Shown: positions 15,001 through 28,557 of the stretch, piece by piece | Layout: the number at the start of each line of letters is the position of its first letter | How positions within the stretch are numbered: position 1 is the first letter of the stretch | NCBI GenBank assembly: GCA_964016885.1 | Contig: OZ024740.1 | Coordinates: 50,220,001-50,284,000, forward strand | DNA length: 64,000 nucleotides | DNA from: Eledone cirrhosa | Taxonomy: Eukaryota | Reading direction: 5' to 3' | Notes under the pieces: model-generated | What the model saw: only the letters and a program-made list of their open reading frames with translations | What the model was told of the DNA's origin: nothing | Databases searched by the model: none | Position numbers and translations under genes: made by a program

Positions 15001-18000
15001 AGTACACCAGCTTCACTACACCAGCTTCCCTATACCATCTTCCCTATACCATCTTCCCTATACCATCTTCCCTATACCATCTTCCCTATACCATCTTCCC
15101 TACACCATCTTCCCTACACCAGCTTCCCTATACCATCTTCCCTACACCATCTTCCCTACACCAGCTTCCCTACACCATTTTCCCTATACCATCTTCCCTA
15201 TACCATCTTCCCTATACCATCTTCCCTATACCATCTTCCCTACACCAGCTTCCCTATACCATCTTCCCTACACCATCTTCCCTACACCAGCTTCCCTATA
15301 ACACCTTCCCTACACCATCTTCCCTACACCAGCTTCCCTCTACCATCTTCCCTACACCATCTTCCCTACACCATCTTCCCTACACCAGCTTCCCTATACC
15401 ATCTTCCCTACACCAGCTTCCCTATACCATCTTCCCTACACCATCTTCCCTACACCTTCTTCCCTACACCATCTTCCCTCACCATCTTCCCTACACCATC
15501 TTCCCTACACCAGCTTCCCTACACCATCTTCCCTACACCAGCTTCCCTATCCCATCTTCCCTACACCATCTTCCCTACACCAGCTTCCCTATACCATCTT
15601 CCCTATACCACCTTCCCTATACCATCTTCACTACACCAGCTTCCCTACACCATCTTCCCTACACCATCTTCCCTACACCATCTTCCCTACACCATCTTCC
15701 CTACACCACCTTCCCTATACCACCTTCCCTACACCAGCTTCCCTATACCATCTTCCCTACACCAGCTTCCCTACGCCATCTTCCCTACACCAGCTTCCCT
15801 ACACCATCTTCCCTATACCATCTTCCCTACACAAGCTTCCCTACACCATCTTCCCTACACCATCTTCCCTACACCATCTTCCCTACACCATCTTCCCTAC
15901 ACCATCTTCCCTACACAAGCTTCTCTACACCAGCTTCTTTATACCATCTTCCCTATACCAGCTTCCCTACACCATCTTCCCTACACCATCTTCCCTACAC
16001 CATCTTCCCTACACCATCTTCCCTACACCATCTTCCCTACACCATCTTCCCTACACAAGCTTCTCTACACCAGCTTCTGTATACCATCTTCCCTATACCA
16101 GCTTCCCTACACCATCTTCCCTACACCAGCTTCCCTATACCATCTTCCCTACACCATCTTCCCTATACCATCTTCCCTACACCAGCTTCCCTACACCAGC
16201 TTCCCTACACCATTTTCCCTATACCATCTTCCCTATACCATCTTCCCTGTACCAGCTTCCCTACACCATCTTCCCTACACCAGCTTCATTATACCATCTG
16301 CCCAACACCATCTTCCCTACACCATCTTCCCTACACCAGCTTCCCTACACCAGCTTCCCTACACCATCTTCCCTACACCATCTTCCCTACACCATCTTCC
16401 CTATACCATCTTCCCTACACCAGCTTCCCTATACCATCTTCCCTACACCAGCTTCCCTACACCATCTTCCCTATACCAGCTTCCCTACACCATCTTCCCT
16501 ACACCAGCTTCCCTGCACCATCTTCCCTACACCATCATCCCTATACCAGCTTCCCTACACCATCTTCCCTACACCATCTTCCCTACACCATCTTCCCTAC
16601 ACCATCTTCCCTATACCATCTTCCCTGCACCATCTTCCCGACACCATCTTCCCTACACCAGCTTCCCTACACCATCTTCCCTACACCATCTTCCCTACAT
16701 CATCTTCCCTATACCAGCTTCCCTACACCATCTTCCCTACACCATCTTCCCTACACCATCTTCCCTACACCAGCTTCCCTATACCATCTTCCCTACACCA
16801 GCTTCCCTACACCATCTTCCCTATACCAGCTTCCCTACACCATCTTCCCTACACCATCTTCCCTACACCATCTTCCCTACACCATCTTCCCTACACCATC
16901 TTCCCTACACCAGCTTCCCTATACCATCTTCCCTACACCAGCTTCCCTACACCATCTTCCCTATTCCAGCTTCCCTACACCATCTTCCCTACACCATCTC
17001 CCCTACACCAGTTCCCTGCACCATCTTTCCTACACCATCTTCCCTATACCAGCTTCCCTACACCATCTTCCCTACACCATCTTCCCTACACCATCTTCCC
17101 TACACCATCTTCCCTACACCATCTTCCCTACACCAGCTTCCCTAAACCATCTTCCCTATACCAGCTTCCCTACACCATCTTCCCTACACCATCTTCCCTA
17201 CACCATCTTCCCTACACCATCTTCCCTACACCATCTTCCCTACACCAGCTTCCTTATACCATCTTCCCTACACCATCTTCCCTACACCAGCTTCCCTACA
17301 CCATATTCCCTATAGCAGCTTCCCTACACCATCTTCCCTACACCATCTTCCCTACACCATCTTCCCTACACCATCTTCCCTACACCATCTTCCCTATACC
17401 ATCTTCCATACACCATCTTCCCTACACCATCTTCCCTACACCAGCTTCCCTATACCATCTTCCCTACACCAGCTTCCCTACACCATCTTCCCTATACCAT
17501 CTTCCCTACATCAGCTTCCCTACACCATCTTCCCTACACCATCTTCCCTATACCAGCTTCCCTACACCATCTTCCCTACACCATCTTCCTTACACCATCT
17601 TCCCTACACCATCTTACCTACACCATCTTCCCTACACCAGCTTCCCTATACCATCTTCCCTGCACCATCTTGCCTACACCAGCTTCCCTACACCATCTTC
17701 CCTACACCATCTTCCCTACACCATCTTCCCTACACCAGCTTCCCTATACCATCTTCCCTACACCAGCTTCCCTACACCATCTTCGCTATACCATCTTCCC
17801 TCCACCAGCTTCCCTACACCATCTTCCCTACACCATCTTCCCTATACCAGCTTCCCTACACCATCTTCCCTACACCATCTTCCCTACACCATCTTCCCTA
17901 CACCAGCTTCCCTATACCATCTTCCCTACACCAGCTTCCCTACACCATCTTCCCTATACCATCTTCCCTACACCAGCTTCCCTACACCATCTTCCCTACA

Positions 18001-21000
18001 CCATCTACCCTATACCAGCTTCCCTGCACCATCTTCTCTACACCATCTTCCCTACACCATCTTCCCTACACCATCTTCCCTACACCATCTTCCCTACACC
18101 ATCTTCCCTATACCAGCTTCCCTACACCATCTTCCCTACACCATCTTCCCTACACCATCTTCCCTACACCAGCTTCCCTACACCATCTTCCCTATACCAG
18201 CTTCCCTACACCATCTTCCCTACACCATCTTCCCTACACCATCTTCCCTACACCAGCTTCCCTATACCATCTTCCCTACACCATCTACCCTATACCAGCT
18301 TCCCTGCACCATCTTCTCTACACCATCTTCCCTACACCATCTTCCCTACACCATCTTCCCTACACCATCTTCCCTACACCATCTTCCCTATACCAGCTTC
18401 CCTACACCATCTTCCCTACACCATCTTCCCTACACCATCTTCCCTACACCAGCTTCCCTACACCATCTTCCCTATACCAGCTTCCCTACACCATCTTCCC
18501 TACACCATCTTCCCTACACCATCTTCCCTATACCATCTTCCCTACACCATCTTCCCTACACCATCTTCCCTACACCATCTTCCCTACGCCAGCTTCCCTG
18601 CACCATCTTCCCTACACCATCTTCCCTACACCAGCTTCCCTACACCATCTTCCCTACACCATCTTCCCTACACCATCTTCCCTACGCCATCTTCCCTACA
18701 CCAGCTTCCCTGCACCATCTTCCCTACACCAGCTTCCCTACACCATCTTCCCTATACCAGCTTCCCTACAGCATCTTCCCTACACCAGCTCCCCTACACC
18801 ATCTTCCCTATACCATCTTCCCTACACCATCTTCCCTATACCAGCTTCCCTGCACCATCTTCCCTACACCATCTTCCCTACACCAGCTTCCCTGCACCAT
18901 CTTCCCTACACCAGCTTCCCTACACCATCTTCCCTACACCATCTTCCCTACACCATCTTCCCTATACCATCTTCCCTACACCAGCTTCCCTATACCATCT
19001 TCCCTACACCAGCTTCCCTACACCATCTTCCCTATACCAGCTTCCCTACACCATCTTCCCTACACCAGCTTCCCTGCACCATCTTCCCTACACCATCTTG
19101 CCTATACCAGCTTCCCTACACCATCTTCCCTACACCATCTTCCCTACACCATCTTCCCTACACCATCTTCCCTATACCATCTTCCCTGCACCATCTTCCC
19201 GACACCATCTTCCCTGCACCAGCTTCCCTACACCATCTTCCCTACACCATCTTCCCTACACCATCTTCCCTATACCAGCTTCCCTACACCATCTTCCCTA
19301 CACCATCTTCCCTACACCATCTTCCCTACACCAGCTTCCCTACACCATCTTCCCTATACCAGCTTCCCTACACCATCTTCCCTACACCATCTTCCCTACA
19401 CCATCTTCCCTACACCATCTTCCCTACTCCATCTTCCCTACACCAGCTTCCCTATACCATCTTCCCTACACCAGCTTCCCTACACCATCTTCCCTATACC
19501 AGCTTCCCTACACCATCTTCCCTACACCATCTTCCCTACACCAGCTTCCCTGCACCATCTTCCCTACACCATCTTCCCTATACCAGCTTCCCTACACCAT
19601 CTTCCCTACACCATCTTCCCTATACCAGCTTCCCTACACCATCTTCCCTACACCATCTTCCCTACACCATCTTCCCTACACCATCTTCCCTACGCCAGCT
19701 TCCCTGCACCATCTTCCCTACACCATCTTCCCTATACCAGCTTCCCTACACCATCTTCCCTACACCATCTTCCTTACACCATCTTCCCTACACCATCTTA
19801 CCTACACCATCTTCCCTACACCAGCTTCCCTATACCATCTTCACTGCACCATCTTGCCTACACCAGCTTCCCTACACCATCTTCCCTGCACCATCTTCCC
19901 TACACCATCTTCCCTATACCAGCTTCCCTACACCATCTTCCCTACACCATCTTCCTTACACCATCTTCCCTACACCATCTTACCTACACCATCTTCCCTA
20001 CACCAGCTTCCCTATACCATCTTCCCTGCACCATCTTGCCTACACCAGCTTCCCTACACCATCTTCCCTACACCATCTTCCCTACACCATCTTCCCTACA
20101 CCAGCTTCCCAATACCATCTTCCCTACACCAGCTTCCCTACACCATCTTCCCTATACCATCTTCCCTACACCAGCTTCCCTACACCATCTTCCCTACACC
20201 ATCTTCCCTATACCAGCTTCCCTACACCATCTTCCCTACACCATCTTCCCTACACCATCTTCCCTACACCAGCTTCCCTATACCATCTTCCCTACACCAG
20301 CTTCCCTACACCAGCTTCCCTATACCATCTTCCCTACACCAGCTTCCCTACACCATCTTCCCTATACCATCTTCCCTACACCATCTTCCCTACACCATCT
20401 TCCCTACACCATCTTCCCTACACCAGCTTCCCTACACCATCTTCCCTACACCAGCTTCCCTACACCATCTTCCCTACACCATCTACCCTATACCAGCTCC
20501 CTGCACCATCTTCTCTACACCATCTTCCCTACACCATCTTCCCTACACCATCTTCCCTATACCATCTTCCCTACACCATCTTCCCTACACCAGCTTCCCT
20601 ACACCATCTTCCCTACACCATCTTCCCTACACCATCTTCCCTACACCAGCTTCCCTACACCATCTTCCCTATACCAGCTTCCCTACACCATCTTCCCTAC
20701 ACCATCTTCCCTACACCATCTTCCCTATACCATCTTCCCTACACCATCTTCCCTACACCATCTTCCCTACACCAGCTTCCCTACACCATCTTCCCTATAC
20801 CAGCTTCCCTACACCATCTTCCCTACACCATCTACCCTATACCAGCTTCCCTGCACCATCTTCTCTACACCATCTTCCCTACACCATCTTCCCTACACCA
20901 TCTTCCCTACACCATCTTCCCTACACCATCTTCCCTATACCAGCTTCCCTACACCATCTTCCCTACACCATCTTCCCTACACCATCTTCCCTACACCAGC

Positions 21001-24000
21001 TTCCCTACACCATCTTCCCTATACCAGCTTCCCTACACCATCTTCCCTACACCATCTTCCCTACACCATCTTCCCTACACCAGCTTCCCTATACCATCTT
21101 CCCTATACCAGCTTCCCTACACCATCTTCCCTACACCATCTTCCCTACACCATCTTCCCTATACCATCTTCCCTACACCATCTTCCCTACACCATCTTCC
21201 CTACACCATCTTCCCTACGCCAGCTTCCCTGCACCATCTTCCCTACACCATCTTCCCTACACCAGCTTCCCTACACCATCTTCCCTACACCATCTTCCCT
21301 ACACCATCTTCCCTACGCCATCTTCCCTACACCAGCTTCCCTGCACCATCTTCCCTACACCAGCTTCCCTACACCATCTTCCCTATACCAGCTTCCCTAC
21401 ACCATCTTCCCTACACCAGCTCCCCTACACCATCTTCCCTATACCATCTTCCCTACACCAGCTTCCCTGCACCATCTTCCCTACACCATCTTCCCTACAC
21501 CAGCTTCCCTGCACCATCTTCCCTACACCAGCTTCCCTGCACCATCTTCCCTACACCATCTTCCCTACACCAGCTTCCCTACACCATCTTCCCTACACCA
21601 TCTTCCCTACACCATCTTCCCTACGCCATCTTCCCTACACCAGCTTCCCTGCACCATCTTCCCTACACCAGCTTCCCTACACCATCTTCCCTATACCAGC
21701 TTCCCTACACCATCTTCCCTACACCAGCTCCCCTACACCATCTTCCCTATACCATCTTCCCTACACCAGCTTCCCTGCACCATCTTCCCTACACCATCTT
21801 CCCTACACCAGCTTCCCTGCACCATCTTCCCTACACCAGCTTCCCTATACCATCTTCCCTACACCATCTTCCCTACACCATCTTCCCTACACCAGCTTCC
21901 CTACACCATCTTCCCTATACCAGCTTCCCTACACCATCTTCCCTACACCATCTTCCCTACACCATCTTCCCTACACCATCTTCCCTACACCATCTTCCCT
22001 ACACCAGCTTCCCTATACCATCTTCCCTACACCAGCTTCCCTACACCATCTTCCCTATACCAGCTTCCCTACACCATCTTCCCTACACCATCTTCCCTAC
22101 ACCAGCTTCCCTGCACCATCTTCCCTACACCATCTTCCCTATACCAGCTTCCCTACACCATCTTCCCTACACCATCTTCCCTACACCATCTTCCCTACAC
22201 CATCTTCCCTACACCATCTTCCCTACACCATCTTCCCTACACCAGCTTCCCTACACCATCTTCCCTATACCAGCTTCCCTACACCATCTTCCCTACACCA
22301 TCTTCCCTACACCATCTTCCCTACACCATCTTCCCTACACCATCTTCCCTACACCAGCTTCCCTATACCATCTTCCCTACACCATCTTCCCTACACCATC
22401 TTCCCTACACCAGCTTCCCTGCACCATCTTCCCTACACCATCTTCCCTATACCAGCTTCCCTACACCATCTTCCCTACACCATCTTCCCTACACCATCTT
22501 CCCTACACCATCTTCCCTACACCATCTTCCCTACACCATCTTCCCTACACCAGCTTCCCTACACCATCTTCCCTATACCAGCTTCCCTACACCATCTTCC
22601 CTACACCATCTTCCCTACACCATCTTCCCTACACCATCTTCCCTACACCATCTTCCCTACACCAGCTTCCCTACACCATCTTCCCTATACCAGCTTCCCT
22701 ACACCATCTTCCCTACACCATCTTCCCTACACCATCTTCCCTACACCATCTTCCCTACACCATCTTCCCTATACCATCTTCCCTACACCATCTTCCCTAC
22801 ACCATCTTCCCTACACCAGCTTCCCTATACCATCTTCCCTACACCAGCTTCCCTACACCATCTTCCCTATACCATCTTCCCTACACCAGCTTCCCTACAC
22901 CATCTTCCCTACACCAGCTTCCCTATACCATCTTCCCTACACCAGCTTCCCTACACCATCTTCCCTATACCATCTTCCCTACACCAGCTTCCCTACACCA
23001 TCTTCCCTACACCATCTTCCCTATACCAGCTTCCCTACACCATCTTCCCTACACCATCTTCCCTACACCAGCTTCCCTGCACCATCTTCCCTACACCATC
23101 TTCCCTACACCAGCTTCCCTGCACCATCTTCCCTACACCAGCTTCCCTATACCATCTTCCCTACACCATCTTCCCTACACCATCTTCCCTACACCAGCTT
23201 CCCTACACCATCTTCCCTATACCAGCTTCCCTACACCATCTTCCCTACACCATCTTCCCTACACCATCTTCCCTACACCATCTTCCCTACACCATCTTCC
23301 CTACACCAGCTTCCCTATACCATCTTCCCTACACCAGCTTCCCTACACCATCTTCCCTATACCAGCTTCCCTACACCATCTTCCCTACACCATCTTCCCT
23401 ACACCAGCTTCCCTGCACCATCTTCCCTACACCATCTTCCCTATACCATCTTCCCTACACCATCTTCCCTACACCATCTTCCCTACACCAGCTTCCCTAT
23501 ACCATCTTCCCTACACCAGCTTCCCTACACCATCTTCCCTACACCATCTTCCCTACACCATCTTCCCTACACCAGCTTCCCTACACCATCTTCCCTATAC
23601 CAGCTTCCCTACACCATCTTCCCTACACCATCTTCCCTACACCATCTTCCCTATACCATCTTCCCTACACCATCTTCCCTACACCAGCTTCCCTACACCA
23701 TCTTCCCTATACCAGCTTCCCTACACCATCTTCCCTACACCAGCTTCCCTACACCATCTTCCCTACACCATCTTCCCTATACCATCTTCCCTATACCATC
23801 TTCCCTACACCATCTTCCCTATACCATCTTCCCTACACCATCTTCCCTACACCATCTTCCCTACACCAGCTTCCCTATACCATCTTCCCTACACCAGCTG
23901 CCCTACACCATCGTCCCTATACCATCTTCCCTACACCATCTTCCCTATACCATCTTCCCTACACCAGCTTCCCTACACCATCTTCCCTATACCATCTTCC

Positions 24001-26014
24001 CTACACCATCTTCCCTACACCATCTTCCCTACACCATCTTCCCTACACCATCTTCCCTACACCATCTTCCCTATACCATCTTCCCTACACCATCTTCCCT
24101 ACACCATCTTCCCTACACCAGCTTCCCTATACCATCTTCCCTACACCAGCTGCCCTACACCATCTTCCCTATACCATCTTCCCTACACCATCTTCCCTAT
24201 ACCATCTTCCCTACACCAGCTTCCCTACACCATCTTCCCTATACCATCTTCCCTACACCATCTTCCCTACACCATCTTCCCTACACCATCTTCCCTACAC
24301 CATCTTCCCTACACCATCTTCCCTACACCATCTTCCCTACACCAGCTTCCCTACACCATCTTCCCTATACCAGCTTCCCTACACCATCTTCCCTACACCA
24401 TCTTCCCTACACCATCTTCCCTATACCATCTTCCCTACACCATCTTCCCTACACCAGCCTCCCTACACCATCTTCCCTATACCAGCTTCCCTACACCATC
24501 TTCCCTACACCATCTTCCCTACACCATCTTCCCTACACCATCTTCCCTACACCATCTTCCCTACACCAGCTTCCCTATACCATCTTCCCTACACCAGCTT
24601 CCCTACACCATCTTCCCTATACCAGCTTCCCTACACCATCTTCCCTACACCATCTTCCCTATACCAGCTTCCCTACACCATCTTCCCTACACCATCTTCC
24701 CTACACCATCTTCCCTACACCATCTTCCCTACACCATCTTCCCTACACCATCTTCCCTACACCAGCTTCCCTACACCATCTTCCCTATACCAGCTTCCCT
24801 ACACCATCTTCCCTACACCATCTTCCCTACACCATCTTCCCTATACCATCTTCCCTACACCATCTTCCCTACACCAGCTTCCCTACACCATCTTCCCTAT
24901 ACCAGCTTCCCTACACCATCTTCCCTACACCATCTTCCCTACACCATCTTCCCTACACCATCTTCCCTACACCATCTTCCCTATACCATCTTCCCTACAC
25001 CATCTTCCCTACACCATCTTCCCTACACCAGCTTCCCTATACTATCTTCCCTACACCAGCTGCCCTACACCATCTTCCCTATACCATCTTCCCTACACCA
25101 TCTTCCCTATATCACCTTCCCTATACCAGCTTCCCTACACCATCTTCCTTACACCATCTTCCCTATACCAGCTTCCCTACACCAGCTTCCCTACACCAGC
25201 TTCCCTACACCATCTTCCCTATACCAGCTTCCCTACACCAGCTTCCCTATACCATCTTCCCTACACCATCTTCCCTATACCATCTTCCCTACACCATCTT
25301 CCCTACACCATCTTCCCTACACCATCTTCCCTATACCATCTTCCCTATACCAGCTTGCCTACACCAGCTTCCCTACACCAGCTTCCCTACACCATCTTCC
25401 CTATATCACCTTCCCTATACCATCTTCCCTATACCAGCTTCCCTACACCAGCTTCCCTACACCAGCTTCCCTACACCATCTTCCTACACCAGCTTCCCTA
25501 TACCATCTTCCCTACACCAGCTGCCCTACACCATCTTCCCTATACCATCTTCCCTACACCATATTCCCTATATCACCTTCCCTATACCAGCTTCCCTACA
25601 CCATCTTCCCTACACCATCTTCCCTATACCAGCTTCCCTACACCATCTTCCCTATACCATCTTCCCTACACCATCTTCCCTACACCAGCTTCCCTACACC
25701 ATCTTCCTACACCAGCTTCTCTATACCATCTTCCCTACACCAGCTGCCCTACACCATCTTCCCTATACCATCTTCCCTACACCAGCTGCCCTACACCATC
25801 TTCCCTACACCATCTTCCTACACCAGCTTCCCTATACCATCTTCCCTATATCACCTTCCCTATACCATCTTCCCTATACCATCTTCCCTATATCACCTTC
25901 CCTACACCATCTTCCCTATATCACCTTCCCTATACCAGCTCCCTATACCATCTTCCCTACACCATCTTCCCTACACCAGTTTCCCTATACCATCTTCCCC
26001 ATACCATCTTCTAC
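1..26014. repeat. 14-bp satellite array, consensus ACACCATCTTCCCT (common variants ATACC and CAGCT); runs off the left edge
   Basis: Continuous head-to-tail 14-mers in one orientation with occasional 13-mers. The + strand is C-rich; the - strand reads AGGGAAGATGGTGT. Confidence 0.99.
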
Positions 26015-26224
26015 ATAAGCTGTCACCGAGACTTGATCAACAGCTTCCTTTTCGTACCAGTCGGCGTTGAGGCCTCCATTATCCTCGGTCCCCGAACTGC
26101 CGATTTTCCTCCACAAAATGGGGAGTGGATCCCGTTTGAATTAGGAGGCACGTCAGGTTAAGAGGTTGATACAGCGGGCGTCGCTGGGAATGCTTCCGTT
26201 ATCTTGTCCGTGGGACGCAGCTGA
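26015..26224 (+). mobile_element. 3' fragment of a CRE-like (restriction-like endonuclease, RLE) non-LTR retrotransposon
   Basis: Translates HRDLINSFLFVPVGVEASIILGPRTADF, matching YRSLSDRFAVVPLAVETSGVLGPRATFL at 51844-52086. The DNA tacagcggg..gctgg..aatgctt..tcttgtc..ggacgca is shared with 50596-50658. Confidence 0.75.
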
Positions 26225-26471
26225 GAAATACCACCTAGGCAGGAGTGTCGAGTTTGCGCCTCCCTTCGCCTTATTTTCATTATTCAATTATTTTTCCTTT
26301 CTTCATATTTATTATGCGAAGTATTTATATATATAATTTTCTATCTTCCACACTCTTTACCTTACGATGCTATCTAAAAGTAAAATTTACATTGTAGGCC
26401 TTGAAACAGTTGACGTTCTCGACAAGTCAGTGGTGAAATGTAATTTATAAGCTGTTTTAGTAATTAGTTTC

Positions 26472-26913
<442 letters not shown>

Positions 26914-26918
<5 letters not shown>

Positions 26919-27623
26919 AAATATAGAGAAAAATACTGCAGGTAGCACATGGATAACATGTAATAAAATGAGTCCCTCATCAGTGATTTGCCGACGATCA
27001 TCGATATTTCATCGCATTAAAAATCATATACCTCACGTCGGTGCAATAATAACCAAAATAAGTTATTAGGACAATTGAAACGCGTAAAGCGAGTGAGACA
27101 GGAGAACAACACAGAGTATAGCTAACCGTAGGGGAAAGAAACAAGCTTCAAAATTATTCTGTTTAGCATAAGCTAGGTGAATATATGAGCTTTTAGAAAA
27201 CAGACCTGACACGAACTCTGGCCATGTGAGAAGAGAGAAAAATAGCCTTCGTGGTGTACAGGATGAAATGAAGAGAAGAGAAACAGTGAGTGAGTGAAAG
27301 TGTGAGGAAGAGTTAACTGACATGACAGAGGGGGAGAAACAGAGAGACTGGGGGAGCAGTAAGAGAGAGAGAGAAAAAAACACAGAATCGCAGTGGTAAA
27401 TATATGTAATAAAATATAGAGAAAAATACTGCAGGTAGCACATGGATAACATGTAATAAAATGAGTCCCTCATCAGTGATTTGCCGACGATCATCGATAT
27501 TTCATTGCATTAAAAATCATATACCTCACGTCGGTGCAATAATAACCAAAATAAGTTATTAGGACAATTGAAACGCGTAAAGCGAGTGAGACAGGATAAC
27601 AACACAGAGTATAGCTAACCGTA
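26914..27623. repeat. 217-bp direct repeat (26914-27130 and 27407-27623)
   Basis: Near-identical copies taataaaatatagag...gctaaccgta, period 493 bp; this explains the duplicated spurious ORF MIVGKSLMRD. Confidence 0.92.
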
Positions 27624-27793
27624 TATATAGAATTCACAAGAATCAAAGGTATGTTCAAAGCATTTATTCACTTACAATTGTTTCATCCAAACCTAGGCTT
27701 CGAGTCTTCGGACCATTTTTCAATGTTTGTATACATAATTGACCTCCTTTCCAACGCAAGAGACATAGCTTTGATTCTTGTGAATTCTATATA
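27624..27793 (-). repeat. Fold-back PLE pseudo-LTR-like fragment with a degenerate hammerhead motif
   Basis: 25-bp perfect inverted repeat (27624-27648 / 27769-27793) enclosing, on the - strand, TTGAAAA..tccgaa..tttgga.GAAAC-AATT-GTA followed by AATAAA. Confidence 0.55.
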
Positions 27794-27944
27794 ACTGCTC
27801 TGTAGAAAAACTGATGTTATTACATTGAGCTATTTATCTTACTGGTAATAAGGTAGTAATAAATTACTGACCTTCACTGTTTAGGGTTTAAAATATATAT
27901 AACTATAAAAAGTTTTAGTATATACATAACCATAAATAGTATCC

Positions 27945-27995
<51 letters not shown>

Positions 27996-28071
27996 ACAAA
28001 ATTACCTTACTATAGTAATTAAGATATTTTGTATAAACTATAATTCCTACCCAATTAAAATTCCTCTCTTT

Positions 28072-28557
28072 GTGCTAAAAATTCCCTCGGGAATATCAAC
28101 CACATCCTACTACAACAACACCAGCAGGGGACAATACAACCACACGAGACACCCCAACCACTACAGCCACCATAGCTACACACCATATAACAGCAACAGC
28201 AGGGCTCAATATAACCATAGAAGAAAACCCTACTACAACTACCACCAAGTCTACACACCCTACAACAACAGCAGTGCTCAGCACAACCATACGATACAAC
28301 CCAACTTCAACAACCACCACAACTTCACACCCTATAACCATGTCCATCAAATATACTACACACCCTACAACAACATCAGCAGGGCTCAATACAACCACAC
28401 GATACAACCTAACTTCAACAACCACCACAGCTACACACCATCTTACAACAACGGCAGGGGCAAATACAACCATAAGAGACATCTAAACTTCAACAGCCAC
28501 CACAACTTCCGTAATCATTTTTTACACACAGCACACAGACACAGGATAACAAGATAA
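28072..28557 (+). CDS. Putative PLE upstream ORF (probably 5'-truncated) with five Asn/His/Tyr-rich ~24-aa repeats
   Basis: Diverged repeats SRAQYNHTIQPNFNNHHSYTPYNN remain stop-free in one frame. It lies directly upstream of, and overlaps, the RT frame. There is no ATG at the start of the ORF. Confidence 0.5.
   Translation: MLKIPSGISTTSYYNNTSRGQYNHTRHPNHYSHHSYTPYNSNSRAQYNHRRKPYYNYHQVYTPYNNSSAQHNHTIQPNFNNHHNFTPYNHVHQIYYTPYNNISRAQYNHTIQPNFNNHHSYTPSYNNGRGKYNHKRHLNFNSHHNFRNHFLHTAHRHRITR

Noticed and set aside
1-26014. CRISPR-like or information-coding array
   Set aside because: No unique spacers and no cas genes in a eukaryotic context; the variant pattern is explained by block duplication.
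2458-26161. Giant ORFs (up to 2782 aa) of PTPSSLHHLPYTIF repeats
   Set aside because: The 14-mer has no stop codon on the + strand in any frame, so all frames give the same 14-aa peptide. 13-bp units shift frame freely and most starts are not ATG.
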